NCBI GenBank assembly: GCA_903894565.1
Contig: CAITQP010000003.1
Span: 1 to 39,214, forward strand
DNA from: an uncultured bacterium
GTDB taxonomy: Bacteria > Patescibacteriota > Minisyncoccia > Phycocordibacterales > UBA9973
Direction of reading: 5' to 3'
Length of the DNA stretch: 39,214 nt
Positions within the stretch are counted from its first letter, which is position 1. The number at the start of each line of letters is the position of its first letter. The notes beneath the pieces were generated by a model, which was not told where the DNA came from, searched no databases, and saw only the letters and a list, made by a program, of their open reading frames with translations. The position numbers were made by a program, and so were the translations under genes. Positions 28,987-38,011 of this stretch are shown piece by piece.

Positions 28987-31608
28987 ATGAAAGCGTACGA
29001 TCATAAAAAAATAGAAAAGAAATGGCAGAAGACATGGCAGGAAAAGAAAACCTACCAAACACTGTCAGCGAAATCTGCCAAAGGAAAGAAACCATTCTAT
29101 GTGCTTGATATGTTTCCGTATCCGTCTGGTGCGGGATTGCATGTTGGACACCCACGTGGATATATCGGATCTGATGTGATCGCACGTAAAAAGCGCATGG
29201 AAGGATTCAATGTGTTGCACCCAATGGGATATGATGCGTTTGGACTTCCTGCGGAACAATACGCAATCGCAAACAAAATTCATCCACGCAAAGCGGTGCT
29301 TGATAACGTCAAAACGTTTGAACGACAATTGTCAGTTATTGGCTTTTCATTTGACTGGAATCGCACCGTCAATACAACTGACCCTGAGTATTACAAATGG
29401 ACACAATGGATTTTTCTCAAAATCTATAATTCGTGGTTTGACCTTTCAAAAAATAAGGCACGGCCAATAGAGGAACTTGTTGCTGTTTTTGCAAAAAAAG
29501 GAAGTGAAGGGGCCTCCGCAGCGCATCATTCAAAGCGTGCGTTTTCAGCGAGTGAATGGCGTGCAATGAGTGCACTCGATCAGCAAACAGTACTCATGGA
29601 ATATCGCCTCGCCTACGAAGGATATTCTGAGGTCAATTGGTGTCCAGAAATGGGCACAGTACTCGCAAACGATGAGATTGTTGATGGTCCCAATGGTCCG
29701 GTCTCAGAACGCGGTAGTTATCCTGTTGAAAAGCGTTCAATGCGTCAGTGGTTTATGCGTATTACTGCGTATGGTGACCGTTTGATTGAAGATCTCGACG
29801 GACTGTCGTGGCCAGAGCATATCAAGGAGATTCAGCGTAACTGGATTGGTAGGTCAGAAGGACTTTTGTTCCGCGCGCCAGTAAAAGATAGTGATATCGT
29901 GATTGAAACTTTCTCTGCTCATTTCGAAGCATGCCACGCAGATACATTTGTCGCGATCGCTCCAGACCACCCGCTTCTCTCGACGTTGCTCGAAGGTGTC
30001 ACAAACAAAAGTGAAGTGCTTGCGCAAGCAAAAGCGATAACTCAGAAACGAGAAGCACTTGGTGACAAATATAAAGAAGTCGAAGGAGTTTTTACTGGCC
30101 GATATATTGTTGACCCACTGGGTAATGGTGATTTGCCAATTTGGATTGCGAGTTTCGCACTTAAAGATTATGGTACCGGCATCGTAAAATGTTCTGCTCA
30201 CGATGAGCGTGATTTCGCGTTTGCAAAAAAATACGATATTCCACTCAAAGCAGTGATGTTTCCTCGCGATGAAGCGCTTCGTGCACAGGTTCAAAATTTT
30301 GAAATATGTTTTTCTGATTCAGGAACGGGTGTGTTGACTGAGCCGAAAGAATTTAAAGGACGCGTCGCGCACGAAGTGCGCGACGCTGTTGCCGAGTATG
30401 CGGTAAAGCATGGTTTCGCAAAACAAAAAGTGAGTTACAAAATCCGCGATGCCGTCTTTGCACGTCAACGTTACTGGGGAGAACCAATTCCACTTTCAAA
30501 AGATACGGAAGGAATTCTTCATGAAGTGTCAGAAAAGAAATTGCCACTCGAGCTTCCAAATGTAAAAAGCTATGAACCATCGGGTACTGGGGAGAGTCCA
30601 CTTGCGAGTGTTCCCACATGGACCCGGGCTGGATATGAGACCAATACGATGCCAGGTTGGGCGGGAAGTTCATGGTATTTCTTGCGCTACGTTGACCCAA
30701 AAAACAAAAAGGCCTTTGCTGGCGAAGCTGAACTTGATTACTGGTTTAATAAAAAACATGTCGGAGGCGTCGATGTGTATGTTGGGGGTGCGGAGCACGC
30801 CACCGGCCATTTACTGTATTCGCGTTTCTGGCACAAGGTTCTCTTTGATTACGGATTGGTTCCAACAAAGGAGCCTTTCCAGTTGCTACGCAATCAGGGA
30901 ATTATCCTCGCGTCTGACGGACGCAAAATGAGTAAGCGTTGGGGAAACGTTGTTAATCCCGACGAAATTGTTGGCACGTACGGTGCTGACACGCTTCGCT
31001 TGTACGAAATGTTTATGGGGCCGTTTGATGCCAGTCTTCCTTGGAGTACGGAGAGTATTATTGGTTCGAGACGCTTTATCGAACGAGTATGGCGTTTCGC
31101 TGAAAAAATAGAGACTGCTCAAAATGGAAAACAAAACCAAAGCGAACCTTCGTATGAGCAGGCGCTTCATAAAGCAATCAAAAAAGTCACTGAAGATATT
31201 GAAAACTTTGGTTTCAATACCGCGGTGTCGGCCATGATGATTTGTTTAAACGAAATGGAAAAGGCCGACTATGTGAGTGTTGCTGACTACAAAAAATTCT
31301 TGCAATTGCTTGCGCCTTTTGCTCCGCACGTTGCAGAAGAATTATGGGAATTATTTGGTGAAAAGAAATCTATTCATGTATCTGGATGGCCATCATACGA
31401 TGAATCAAAGCTTGTTTCTGATACGGTGACGATTATGGTTCAGGTGAATAGCAAGAATCGTGCAGAGTTACAGATTTCTCGAGACATGTCGAGCGATGCA
31501 GTGAAAGCACTCGCTCTTGCTTCAGAAAAGGTTCAAACAGCGCTTGCAGGTATGATTCCAAAGAAAATAATTTACGTACCTGGCCGCTTGGTAAATATTG
31601 TTGCATAG
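28987..31608 (+). CDS. leuS: Leucine--tRNA ligase
   Basis: LDMFPYPSGAGLHVGH, MGYDAFGLPAE, QRNWIGRSEG, RQRYWGEPIP, GGAEHA..HLLY, KMSKRWGN, C-terminal VQVN. Confidence 0.98.
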   Translation: MKAYDHKKIEKKWQKTWQEKKTYQTLSAKSAKGKKPFYVLDMFPYPSGAGLHVGHPRGYIGSDVIARKKRMEGFNVLHPMGYDAFGLPAEQYAIANKIHPRKAVLDNVKTFERQLSVIGFSFDWNRTVNTTDPEYYKWTQWIFLKIYNSWFDLSKNKARPIEELVAVFAKKGSEGASAAHHSKRAFSASEWRAMSALDQQTVLMEYRLAYEGYSEVNWCPEMGTVLANDEIVDGPNGPVSERGSYPVEKRSMRQWFMRITAYGDRLIEDLDGLSWPEHIKEIQRNWIGRSEGLLFRAPVKDSDIVIETFSAHFEACHADTFVAIAPDHPLLSTLLEGVTNKSEVLAQAKAITQKREALGDKYKEVEGVFTGRYIVDPLGNGDLPIWIASFALKDYGTGIVKCSAHDERDFAFAKKYDIPLKAVMFPRDEALRAQVQNFEICFSDSGTGVLTEPKEFKGRVAHEVRDAVAEYAVKHGFAKQKVSYKIRDAVFARQRYWGEPIPLSKDTEGILHEVSEKKLPLELPNVKSYEPSGTGESPLASVPTWTRAGYETNTMPGWAGSSWYFLRYVDPKNKKAFAGEAELDYWFNKKHVGGVDVYVGGAEHATGHLLYSRFWHKVLFDYGLVPTKEPFQLLRNQGIILASDGRKMSKRWGNVVNPDEIVGTYGADTLRLYEMFMGPFDASLPWSTESIIGSRRFIERVWRFAEKIETAQNGKQNQSEPSYEQALHKAIKKVTEDIENFGFNTAVSAMMICLNEMEKADYVSVADYKKFLQLLAPFAPHVAEELWELFGEKKSIHVSGWPSYDESKLVSDTVTIMVQVNSKNRAELQISRDMSSDAVKALALASEKVQTALAGMIPKKIIYVPGRLVNIVA

Positions 31609-31612
31609 TTGA

Positions 31613-31641
31613 TTGCTCCGTCTGGTTCCGTGGGATATACT
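31613..31641 (+). promoter_or_regulatory. Sigma70 promoter TTGCTC-N17-TATACT
   Basis: 17-nt spacer; -10 is 11 nt before ATG 31653. Confidence 0.55.
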
Positions 31642-31652
31642 GGGTAGATATT

Positions 31653-33989
31653 ATGCTCAAAAAGAACTTCCGTCTCTGTGACAATATCGCTCGATTTTCG
31701 TTGCTCGCAACTGTGTTGCTTACGATAATCGCCTTTGTTCCTGGGGGCTTTGTATCCATAGTACTCTTAAAAGGATATGTACTGGTAGTTGGAGTCTCGG
31801 TTGCGTTTGTCGCCTGGCTTATGGGACGACTGATGGAAGGGGCCGTTACGTTTTCACGTTCGTGGATACTTATTTCGACCGGAGTATTACTTGTCTCGAT
31901 TCTAGCATCAACCTTTTTTTCGAGTACACCATATTTGTCGTTGTTTGGTGAGCAGCTTGATCAAGGAGCATTCGTACCATTCGCTTTTATGTGTGTCGGT
32001 TTGTTCCTCGCTTCTCAATTGTTTCAGGATAAAAAATCTCTTTCTTATTTCTTTTCGTCAGCTTATGTTTTGTATGGTGTCATTGCTCTGTATCAGCTCG
32101 CGCATTTGTTTTTTGCGCGCGCACTTTCGTTCGGTATGTTTACAGCGAATGTCTCAACACCGCTTGGTTTGTGGAGTGACTTTGCATATCTCTCAGGTGC
32201 GATGCTTATTGGAGCAGTGATTGTGCATGAATTCTTTCATTTACCCAAAATAATCCGATCGCTCATGTTTAGTGCTGGGGTACTTGCACTTTTTTTCGTT
32301 GCGACTACAAATATTTTACTTGTATGGATGTTGGTCGGTCTTTCGATGTTATTGATACTCGTCTACCGCCTTCTTTTTAGTGAAGAAACCGATGGTTCAC
32401 GTTTTCCAATCGTCTCATTTCTTCTTACTCTCGGGGCACTTTTCTTTAGTATTACGAACGCAAGTTTTGGGGGAAGACTCGCAAGCTTACTGCATGCGTC
32501 ATATCTTGGTGTTGATCCAAGTTTTTCAGTTACAGTCCATGTTGCATACGAATCAATAAAAGCGCACCTTATTTTTGGAGCGGGCCCCAATCGATTTTTT
32601 CATGAATGGATTGCATATCGTCCGTTGTCAGTGAACGCGAACATGTTATGGAATAGTATATTTTCATTCGGTTCGAGTTTTCTTTTGACGATTACTACGC
32701 TCGCAGGTATTTTGGGTGTATTGAGCGGTCTATTTTTTGTAGGATCATTTTTCTACGAAGGTTGGAACAATCTTTTTCGACAGAGTTTTCGTACTCAAAA
32801 TGAGCGTATACACCCAGGTATTTTTGCGACTTTTGTGCTGACACTGTATTTCTTTCTTATTATCTTGTTTGCTTCACCAGGAACGGGAATTACCTTCCTT
32901 TCCTTTTTCTGGATTGGACTATTCATTGCAGTATTGAGTAGCGCTGGATTGATTGAGAAGCATACATTTGAATTCGCACAAAAAAAATTCTTCGGCGTAA
33001 TTGCAATTTGTGTCGTCGTTCTCGGGGTAACAGTTTCTTTTTTGAGTAGTATCGGAGCAACAAAGCGTCTTATTGTAGCTGTACATTATGCGAACGGTGT
33101 TCATTCTGCGAATGCAGGGAATGTTGCCGAAGCTGATCTTCAGTTTATGAGAGCAATTACCACCGTTGATCTTCCAAGTATTGAACGTGATCGTGTGCAG
33201 CTTGCAGTAGATACAATACAAGCTGAGTTTACGAATGTTCCATCAAATACAGCGCAACTTTCAGTTGATTCAAGAAACACGATTCAAAACGCGATCAAGG
33301 TTGGAACGGCGGCATCACTTGCTGCTGTGTCACTCGACCCGAGCGATGTACAAAATTATCTTGTGTATGGAGATTTTATGAGATCACTTTCTCCGTTGAA
33401 AATTCAGGAGTCTTTTAATAATGCACGAGATGCATACTTGAAAGCAGTGAATGTCGCGCCTAATTACCCAGTGTCATATTACGATCTCGCGCGATTGTAC
33501 GCTGGTAGCGGAGATTCAAAAAATGCAACGGTCTATGCTACCCAAGCACTCGCTATTAAGCCAAATTACGAAGAGGTGTTTTACCTCGAGGCACAACTGG
33601 CGCTTGCACAGTCTGACGTTGATACCGCGGTAACTATTCTTAAAAAAGCTATTTCAACTGACCCAAGTAATTCCCAGATATATTCAGAGCTTGGACAAGT
33701 GCAATATAAAGCAGGCAGATATACTGATGCCGTTGCTTCATTTGGAAGTGCTACGGCTCTCGATTCGAGCGATACGAATTCTTGGTATTATCTCGCTCAG
33801 GCTTTTGCCAAGACGGGGGACCAGAAGGAAGCAAGTATGATTTTGACGGCACTTCATGCTCGATATCCAGATAATAAAGATATTTCAAATGCTTTGCTTT
33901 CATTAACAACGCCTACGGTAGCACCGACCGTGCTCGATACATCAAAGATGAAAAAATCGTCGACGGTAATTCCAAAAGCAAAGAAATAA
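31653..33989 (+). CDS. O-antigen-ligase-like (Wzy_C) polytopic membrane protein with C-terminal TPR repeats
   Basis: About 12 TM segments, loop motif IFGAGPNRF, TPR-like helices (AYLKAVNVAPNYP..YYDLARLY; AISTDPSN..YSELG). Confidence 0.75.
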   Translation: MLKKNFRLCDNIARFSLLATVLLTIIAFVPGGFVSIVLLKGYVLVVGVSVAFVAWLMGRLMEGAVTFSRSWILISTGVLLVSILASTFFSSTPYLSLFGEQLDQGAFVPFAFMCVGLFLASQLFQDKKSLSYFFSSAYVLYGVIALYQLAHLFFARALSFGMFTANVSTPLGLWSDFAYLSGAMLIGAVIVHEFFHLPKIIRSLMFSAGVLALFFVATTNILLVWMLVGLSMLLILVYRLLFSEETDGSRFPIVSFLLTLGALFFSITNASFGGRLASLLHASYLGVDPSFSVTVHVAYESIKAHLIFGAGPNRFFHEWIAYRPLSVNANMLWNSIFSFGSSFLLTITTLAGILGVLSGLFFVGSFFYEGWNNLFRQSFRTQNERIHPGIFATFVLTLYFFLIILFASPGTGITFLSFFWIGLFIAVLSSAGLIEKHTFEFAQKKFFGVIAICVVVLGVTVSFLSSIGATKRLIVAVHYANGVHSANAGNVAEADLQFMRAITTVDLPSIERDRVQLAVDTIQAEFTNVPSNTAQLSVDSRNTIQNAIKVGTAASLAAVSLDPSDVQNYLVYGDFMRSLSPLKIQESFNNARDAYLKAVNVAPNYPVSYYDLARLYAGSGDSKNATVYATQALAIKPNYEEVFYLEAQLALAQSDVDTAVTILKKAISTDPSNSQIYSELGQVQYKAGRYTDAVASFGSATALDSSDTNSWYYLAQAFAKTGDQKEASMILTALHARYPDNKDISNALLSLTTPTVAPTVLDTSKMKKSSTVIPKAKK

Positions 33990-35672
33990 ATGATACGTAA
34001 GTTACTCGACATGGTGAACCGCCGATTCCAAGGAATGCACGAAGCAGCGATTCTGCTCGGAGTGTTTTCTCTCGTGTCGCAACTTATCGGTTTATTCCGT
34101 GATCGGATGCTTGCGCATATGATTGGCCCCGGACCCAAACTCGATGTGTACTATGCTGCGTTTCAGATTCCCAATTTTATTTTTATTTCAATCGCTTCGC
34201 TTGCATCAATTACCGTATTGATGCCGTTTCTTGTTGAACGAATGGATGGTAACGGGCAAGAGTCAGCACGCAGATTTTTTAGTGACGTGCTCTCTGGTTT
34301 TTTCCTTTTGCTTGTGACCGTCTCAGTAGGTGTATTTTTCTTGATGCCGTGGCTCTCGCGTATTATTGCTCCCGGATTTTCCGCGGACCAACTCCATGAG
34401 CTTGTTGCTGTCAGTCGCATCATGCTCCTGTCACCAATATTCATGGGTCTTTCAAACATGCTCGGTACCGTGACTCAACTCTTGCGAAAATTTTTTGTAT
34501 TTTCACTTTCTCCAATTTTTTACAACGTAGGTATTATTCTTGGAATTGTCTTTTTGTATCCAAGGTACGGTGTCGCAGGCCTTGCTATTGGAGTCGTGTT
34601 TGGTGCATTGCTTCATTTACTTATACAAATCCCTACACTTTTTTCTGCTGGCTTTGCCCCTACGTTTACGGCAAGACTTTCGCGTTCAACACTTCGACAA
34701 GTTGTTGCGCTCTCGCTCCCACGTACGCTCGGAATCTCGATGAATAGTCTCGCGCTGCTTGCTATCGTAGCGATTGGCTCAACACTTACGTCAGGTTCTA
34801 TTTCTATTTTTAATTTTGCACTCAATCTTGAAACGACTCCGGTTGGTATTATTGGTATTTCCTATGCAGTGGCGTCGTTCCCGATTTTGTCCGAAGCATT
34901 CGCACGAGGGGAGAAAGAGAAGTGGCAGAGCTGTATTCTTTCGGCCACACGCCAGATTATTTTTTGGTCACTCCCACTCACTGCCTTACTCATCGTGCTT
35001 CGTGCACAGATCGTTCGAGTAACGCTTGGCACAGGGGCGTTCAGTTGGGCAGATACCAAGCTCACGGCAGCGTGTTTTGCTCTTTTTACAATCGGGCTCA
35101 TTGCACAAAATATGGTTCTCGTTTCTACCCGCGCATTTTACGCCGCACATAATACAAAGACTCCACTCTACATCAATGCAGTTTGTTCCATCGGGATTAT
35201 CTGTCTTGCGTTCTTTTTGAAATATGAATTTTTGAATATTCCAATGTTCCGTTATTTTATTGAATCACTTTTGCGTGTTGGTGACGTTCCTGGAACGTCG
35301 GTGCTCATGCTTCCGCTTGCGTATTCGCTCGGTACGCTCGTGAACGCGCTCTTGCACTGGGTAGATTTGCGCAAGCGTTATCTCGACACGACTGGCACGC
35401 TTCCGCGTGCCACGTTTGAGGCCATCGGCGCCTCATTCGTGACAGGTGCGGTCGCCTACGGCTCCCTCAACGTTCTCTCAAACGTCTTTTCTATGCACAC
35501 ATTCTGGGGCGTGCTCATGCAAGGGGGCCTCGCGTGTCTCGCAGGGACCATAGCGGGCATCATGGTACTTGCGCTTCTCAAGAGTGAATCACTTTTTGAA
35601 ATCTGGTCTGCTTTTCGCAAAAAATTCTGGCGTGTTGACCTCGTCACTTCCGAGGAGTTATCAACAAAATAG
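33990..35672 (+). CDS. murJ: Lipid II flippase MurJ (MviN)
   Basis: SQLIGLFRD, DVYYAAFQIPN, SPIFYNVGII, PVGIIGIS..VASFP, RAFYA..NTKTP; abuts the upstream stop (TAAATG). Confidence 0.93.
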   Translation: MIRKLLDMVNRRFQGMHEAAILLGVFSLVSQLIGLFRDRMLAHMIGPGPKLDVYYAAFQIPNFIFISIASLASITVLMPFLVERMDGNGQESARRFFSDVLSGFFLLLVTVSVGVFFLMPWLSRIIAPGFSADQLHELVAVSRIMLLSPIFMGLSNMLGTVTQLLRKFFVFSLSPIFYNVGIILGIVFLYPRYGVAGLAIGVVFGALLHLLIQIPTLFSAGFAPTFTARLSRSTLRQVVALSLPRTLGISMNSLALLAIVAIGSTLTSGSISIFNFALNLETTPVGIIGISYAVASFPILSEAFARGEKEKWQSCILSATRQIIFWSLPLTALLIVLRAQIVRVTLGTGAFSWADTKLTAACFALFTIGLIAQNMVLVSTRAFYAAHNTKTPLYINAVCSIGIICLAFFLKYEFLNIPMFRYFIESLLRVGDVPGTSVLMLPLAYSLGTLVNALLHWVDLRKRYLDTTGTLPRATFEAIGASFVTGAVAYGSLNVLSNVFSMHTFWGVLMQGGLACLAGTIAGIMVLALLKSESLFEIWSAFRKKFWRVDLVTSEELSTK

Positions 35673-35704
35673 GGTTTGTTGACATTGTGGCCATACAAGG
35701 TAGA

Positions 35705-35842
35705 TTTGATTCAAATAAAAAGAGATGGAAAAATTATTTCGGGCCACACATGGCCACCCAAAACCTCGAGGTCAGCATGCTGTTCGAGGATGATTAAATA
35801 AATATTGTATAACATTTAAAAAAAGGATCTTCGGATCCTTTT
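35705..35842 (+). ncRNA. Candidate small RNA or small transcription unit between murJ and lepA
   Basis: TTGACA(35679)-N16-TAGATT upstream, two hairpins (GGCCA-CACA-TGGCC; CCTCGA...TCGAGG) and a downstream terminator. No family recognised. Confidence 0.3.
35821..35842. terminator. Intrinsic terminator with cUUCGg loop
   Basis: AAAAGGATC-TTCG-GATCCTTTT. Confidence 0.8.
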
Positions 35843-35882
35843 GTAGTTTTTCAGGCATTTTTCTGTTAGTATGGCGAAGTAC

Positions 35883-37703
35883 ATGGATTTACAGCATATT
35901 CGCAATTTCAGCATTATCGCCCATATTGATCACGGCAAGTCGACCCTTGCCGACCGCATGCTTGAGGTCACCGGGACTATTGAGGCGCGCAAAATGCGCG
36001 ATCAGGTGCTCGACAATATGGAGCTTGAACGTGAGCGTGGCATTACCATCAAAATGCAGCCAGTTCGAATGCAACACAAAGTTGGGAACGACAGCTACCA
36101 GCTCAACCTTATTGATACGCCAGGACATATCGACTTCTCCTATGAAGTCTCCCGTGCGCTCAAGGCCGTAGAAGGCTCAATCCTGCTCGTAGACTCGACT
36201 CAAGGAGTCCAAGCTCAAACACTTACCACACTCGATGCTGCACGCAAGGAGGGGCTTGTCATCGTGCCTGTTGTGTCCAAGATTGATTCGCCACTCGCGC
36301 GTCCCGAAGAAGTGAAGCTTGAAATCGCTACACTGCTTGATATTGACCCTGACGAAGTACTTGAAGTTTCAGGGCGTACAGGTCAAGGGGTTGAGGCTTT
36401 GCTCAAGGCTGTGATTGAGCGTATTCCGCCACCAGCGCCGGCTGCTATTGTGAGTGGTTCAGGGCTCAAAGCGCTCGTGTTTGATTTTAAATATGACGAT
36501 CACAAAGGAGTGATCGTGTACGTGCGAGTATTTGAAGGCTCAGTCAAACGTCACGACCGTTTGCTCTTTTCGATTGCAGGTGAGAAATTTATCGCACTTG
36601 AAGTCGGAGTCTTCATGCCGTTTGAAGAAGCTCGCGATACATTGTCTGCGGGAGAAATTGGCTACATTGTGACGGGTGTTAAACAGCCAGGTATCGCAAG
36701 TGTGGGAGATACAATCACGACAGAAAAGAATCCTCTCCCTGCGCTCGCAGGATATGACAATCCACGACCGGTAGTGTGGGCTTCGATCTATCCAGAAAGT
36801 CAGGATGATTTTCCTGCGCTTCGCACCGCACTCGGACGACTCAAATTGTCTGACTCAGCATTTACGTTTGAAGAAGAATCAAGTGGCGCACTTGGTCGCG
36901 GATTTCGTGCAGGATTCCTTGGAATGTTGCACCTTGAAATCATCACCGAGCGTTTACGCCGTGAATATCGTTTGGAACTCATCGTAACGACTCCATCGAT
37001 CACGTATATGGTGACGAAGCGCAGTGGCAAAGTCGAGACTGTGTATTCACCACACCTTTTCCCAAACGACGGAGATATTGTGTCTGTTGATGAGCCATGG
37101 GCGAACGTACGTATCATTACACCAGAGCGATACATCGGAATTCTTATGCCGTTTTTGTATGGACATGAGGCGGAGATTGGTACAACTGAAACATTCGGAG
37201 AAGGACGTTCTGCTGTGAGTATTGTGATGCCGCTTCGTGAAATGATGCGTGGATTTTTTGATGAGCTCAAGAGTCTGACGAGTGGATATGCTTCAATCAC
37301 GTATTCGCTCGCGGGGCTTCGCCCCGCGAGCGTAACCCGCATGGACATCATCCTCGCTGATGAAGTCGTCCCAGCATTCACTCGCGTCATCGCCAAGCGT
37401 CGTGCGCAAGACGAAGCGGATGAATCAACAGAAAAATTGCAAACCATTTTGCCACGACAACAATTTGAAATGAAAGTGCAAGCAGTCGCTCTCGGAAAAA
37501 TTCTTTCATCCAAAACAATCAAAGCATTCCGTAAAGACGTGCTCATGCATGGATCAAAAGTTGTGGGTGGAGGAGACGTATCTCGCAAAAAGAAATTGCT
37601 CGAAAAACAAAAGAAAGGAAAGGCTCGCATGCGCGATGCTGCAAAAGTAAACATTCCTCACGACGTGTTCCTCAAGATGATGCAGAGGGGAGACAACGCG
37701 TAA
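35883..37703 (+). CDS. lepA: Translation elongation factor 4
   Basis: IRNFSIIAHIDHGKSTLADR, LERERGITIK, LIDTPGHIDF, GFLGMLHLEI, GGDVSRKKKLLEKQKKGK. Alternative start at 35871. Confidence 0.98.
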   Translation: MDLQHIRNFSIIAHIDHGKSTLADRMLEVTGTIEARKMRDQVLDNMELERERGITIKMQPVRMQHKVGNDSYQLNLIDTPGHIDFSYEVSRALKAVEGSILLVDSTQGVQAQTLTTLDAARKEGLVIVPVVSKIDSPLARPEEVKLEIATLLDIDPDEVLEVSGRTGQGVEALLKAVIERIPPPAPAAIVSGSGLKALVFDFKYDDHKGVIVYVRVFEGSVKRHDRLLFSIAGEKFIALEVGVFMPFEEARDTLSAGEIGYIVTGVKQPGIASVGDTITTEKNPLPALAGYDNPRPVVWASIYPESQDDFPALRTALGRLKLSDSAFTFEEESSGALGRGFRAGFLGMLHLEIITERLRREYRLELIVTTPSITYMVTKRSGKVETVYSPHLFPNDGDIVSVDEPWANVRIITPERYIGILMPFLYGHEAEIGTTETFGEGRSAVSIVMPLREMMRGFFDELKSLTSGYASITYSLAGLRPASVTRMDIILADEVVPAFTRVIAKRRAQDEADESTEKLQTILPRQQFEMKVQAVALGKILSSKTIKAFRKDVLMHGSKVVGGGDVSRKKKLLEKQKKGKARMRDAAKVNIPHDVFLKMMQRGDNA

Positions 37704-37825
37704 GGCGGGCGCATACAAAAAACCTTTTCAGAGTACCGGCGTAAAATCCCGAAGGATTTTCGCCTCCCTCTCGCGCCGTCGCGCTCTGAGAGTACTCTGA
37801 AAAGGTTTTTTGCTTGCGGCCCGCC
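37704..37825. repeat. Dispersed structured repeat, copy 2, with long terminal inverted repeats; may also act as a bidirectional terminator
   Basis: Perfect 21-bp IR (37716-37736/37792-37812) extended by GGCGGGC/GCCCGCC; the core is homologous to 1-71. Confidence 0.85.
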
Positions 37826-37833
37826 GTCCGTGG

Positions 37834-37944
37834 TTATTTCATGAAAAGCACTGGCATGTACAAAGCGATCATAAGAACAATGATCAATACAGAGACAATG
37901 CCCCAGGCAATATTCATTCGTTTTTTGTTTTTTTTCGAAAACAT
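37834..37944 (-). CDS. Small single-TM membrane peptide (36 aa; not in the ORF track)
   Basis: MFSKKNKKRMNIAWGIVSVLIIVLMIALYMPVLFMK: basic N-terminus plus TM helix. A second in-frame ATG lies at 37947. Confidence 0.6.
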   Translation of the reverse strand: MFSKKNKKRMNIAWGIVSVLIIVLMIALYMPVLFMK

Positions 37945-38011
37945 CATAGAAATATGTTGGAAGTTTGAACTTCAGGTACTACAATGGGTAATAGCTCAAA
38001 GCTACCACGAA

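Noticed and set aside
36800-37654. 284-aa antisense ORF (also 802-1452, 26423-27154 and other overlapping track ORFs)
   Set aside because: These lie wholly opposite or within conserved genes and have no recognisable motifs; best explained as codon-bias shadows.
37814-38011. N-terminal extension of the ftsB-like ORF
   Set aside because: It overlaps the structured repeat and a more plausible minus-strand membrane peptide; FtsB-like topology begins at ATG 38012.
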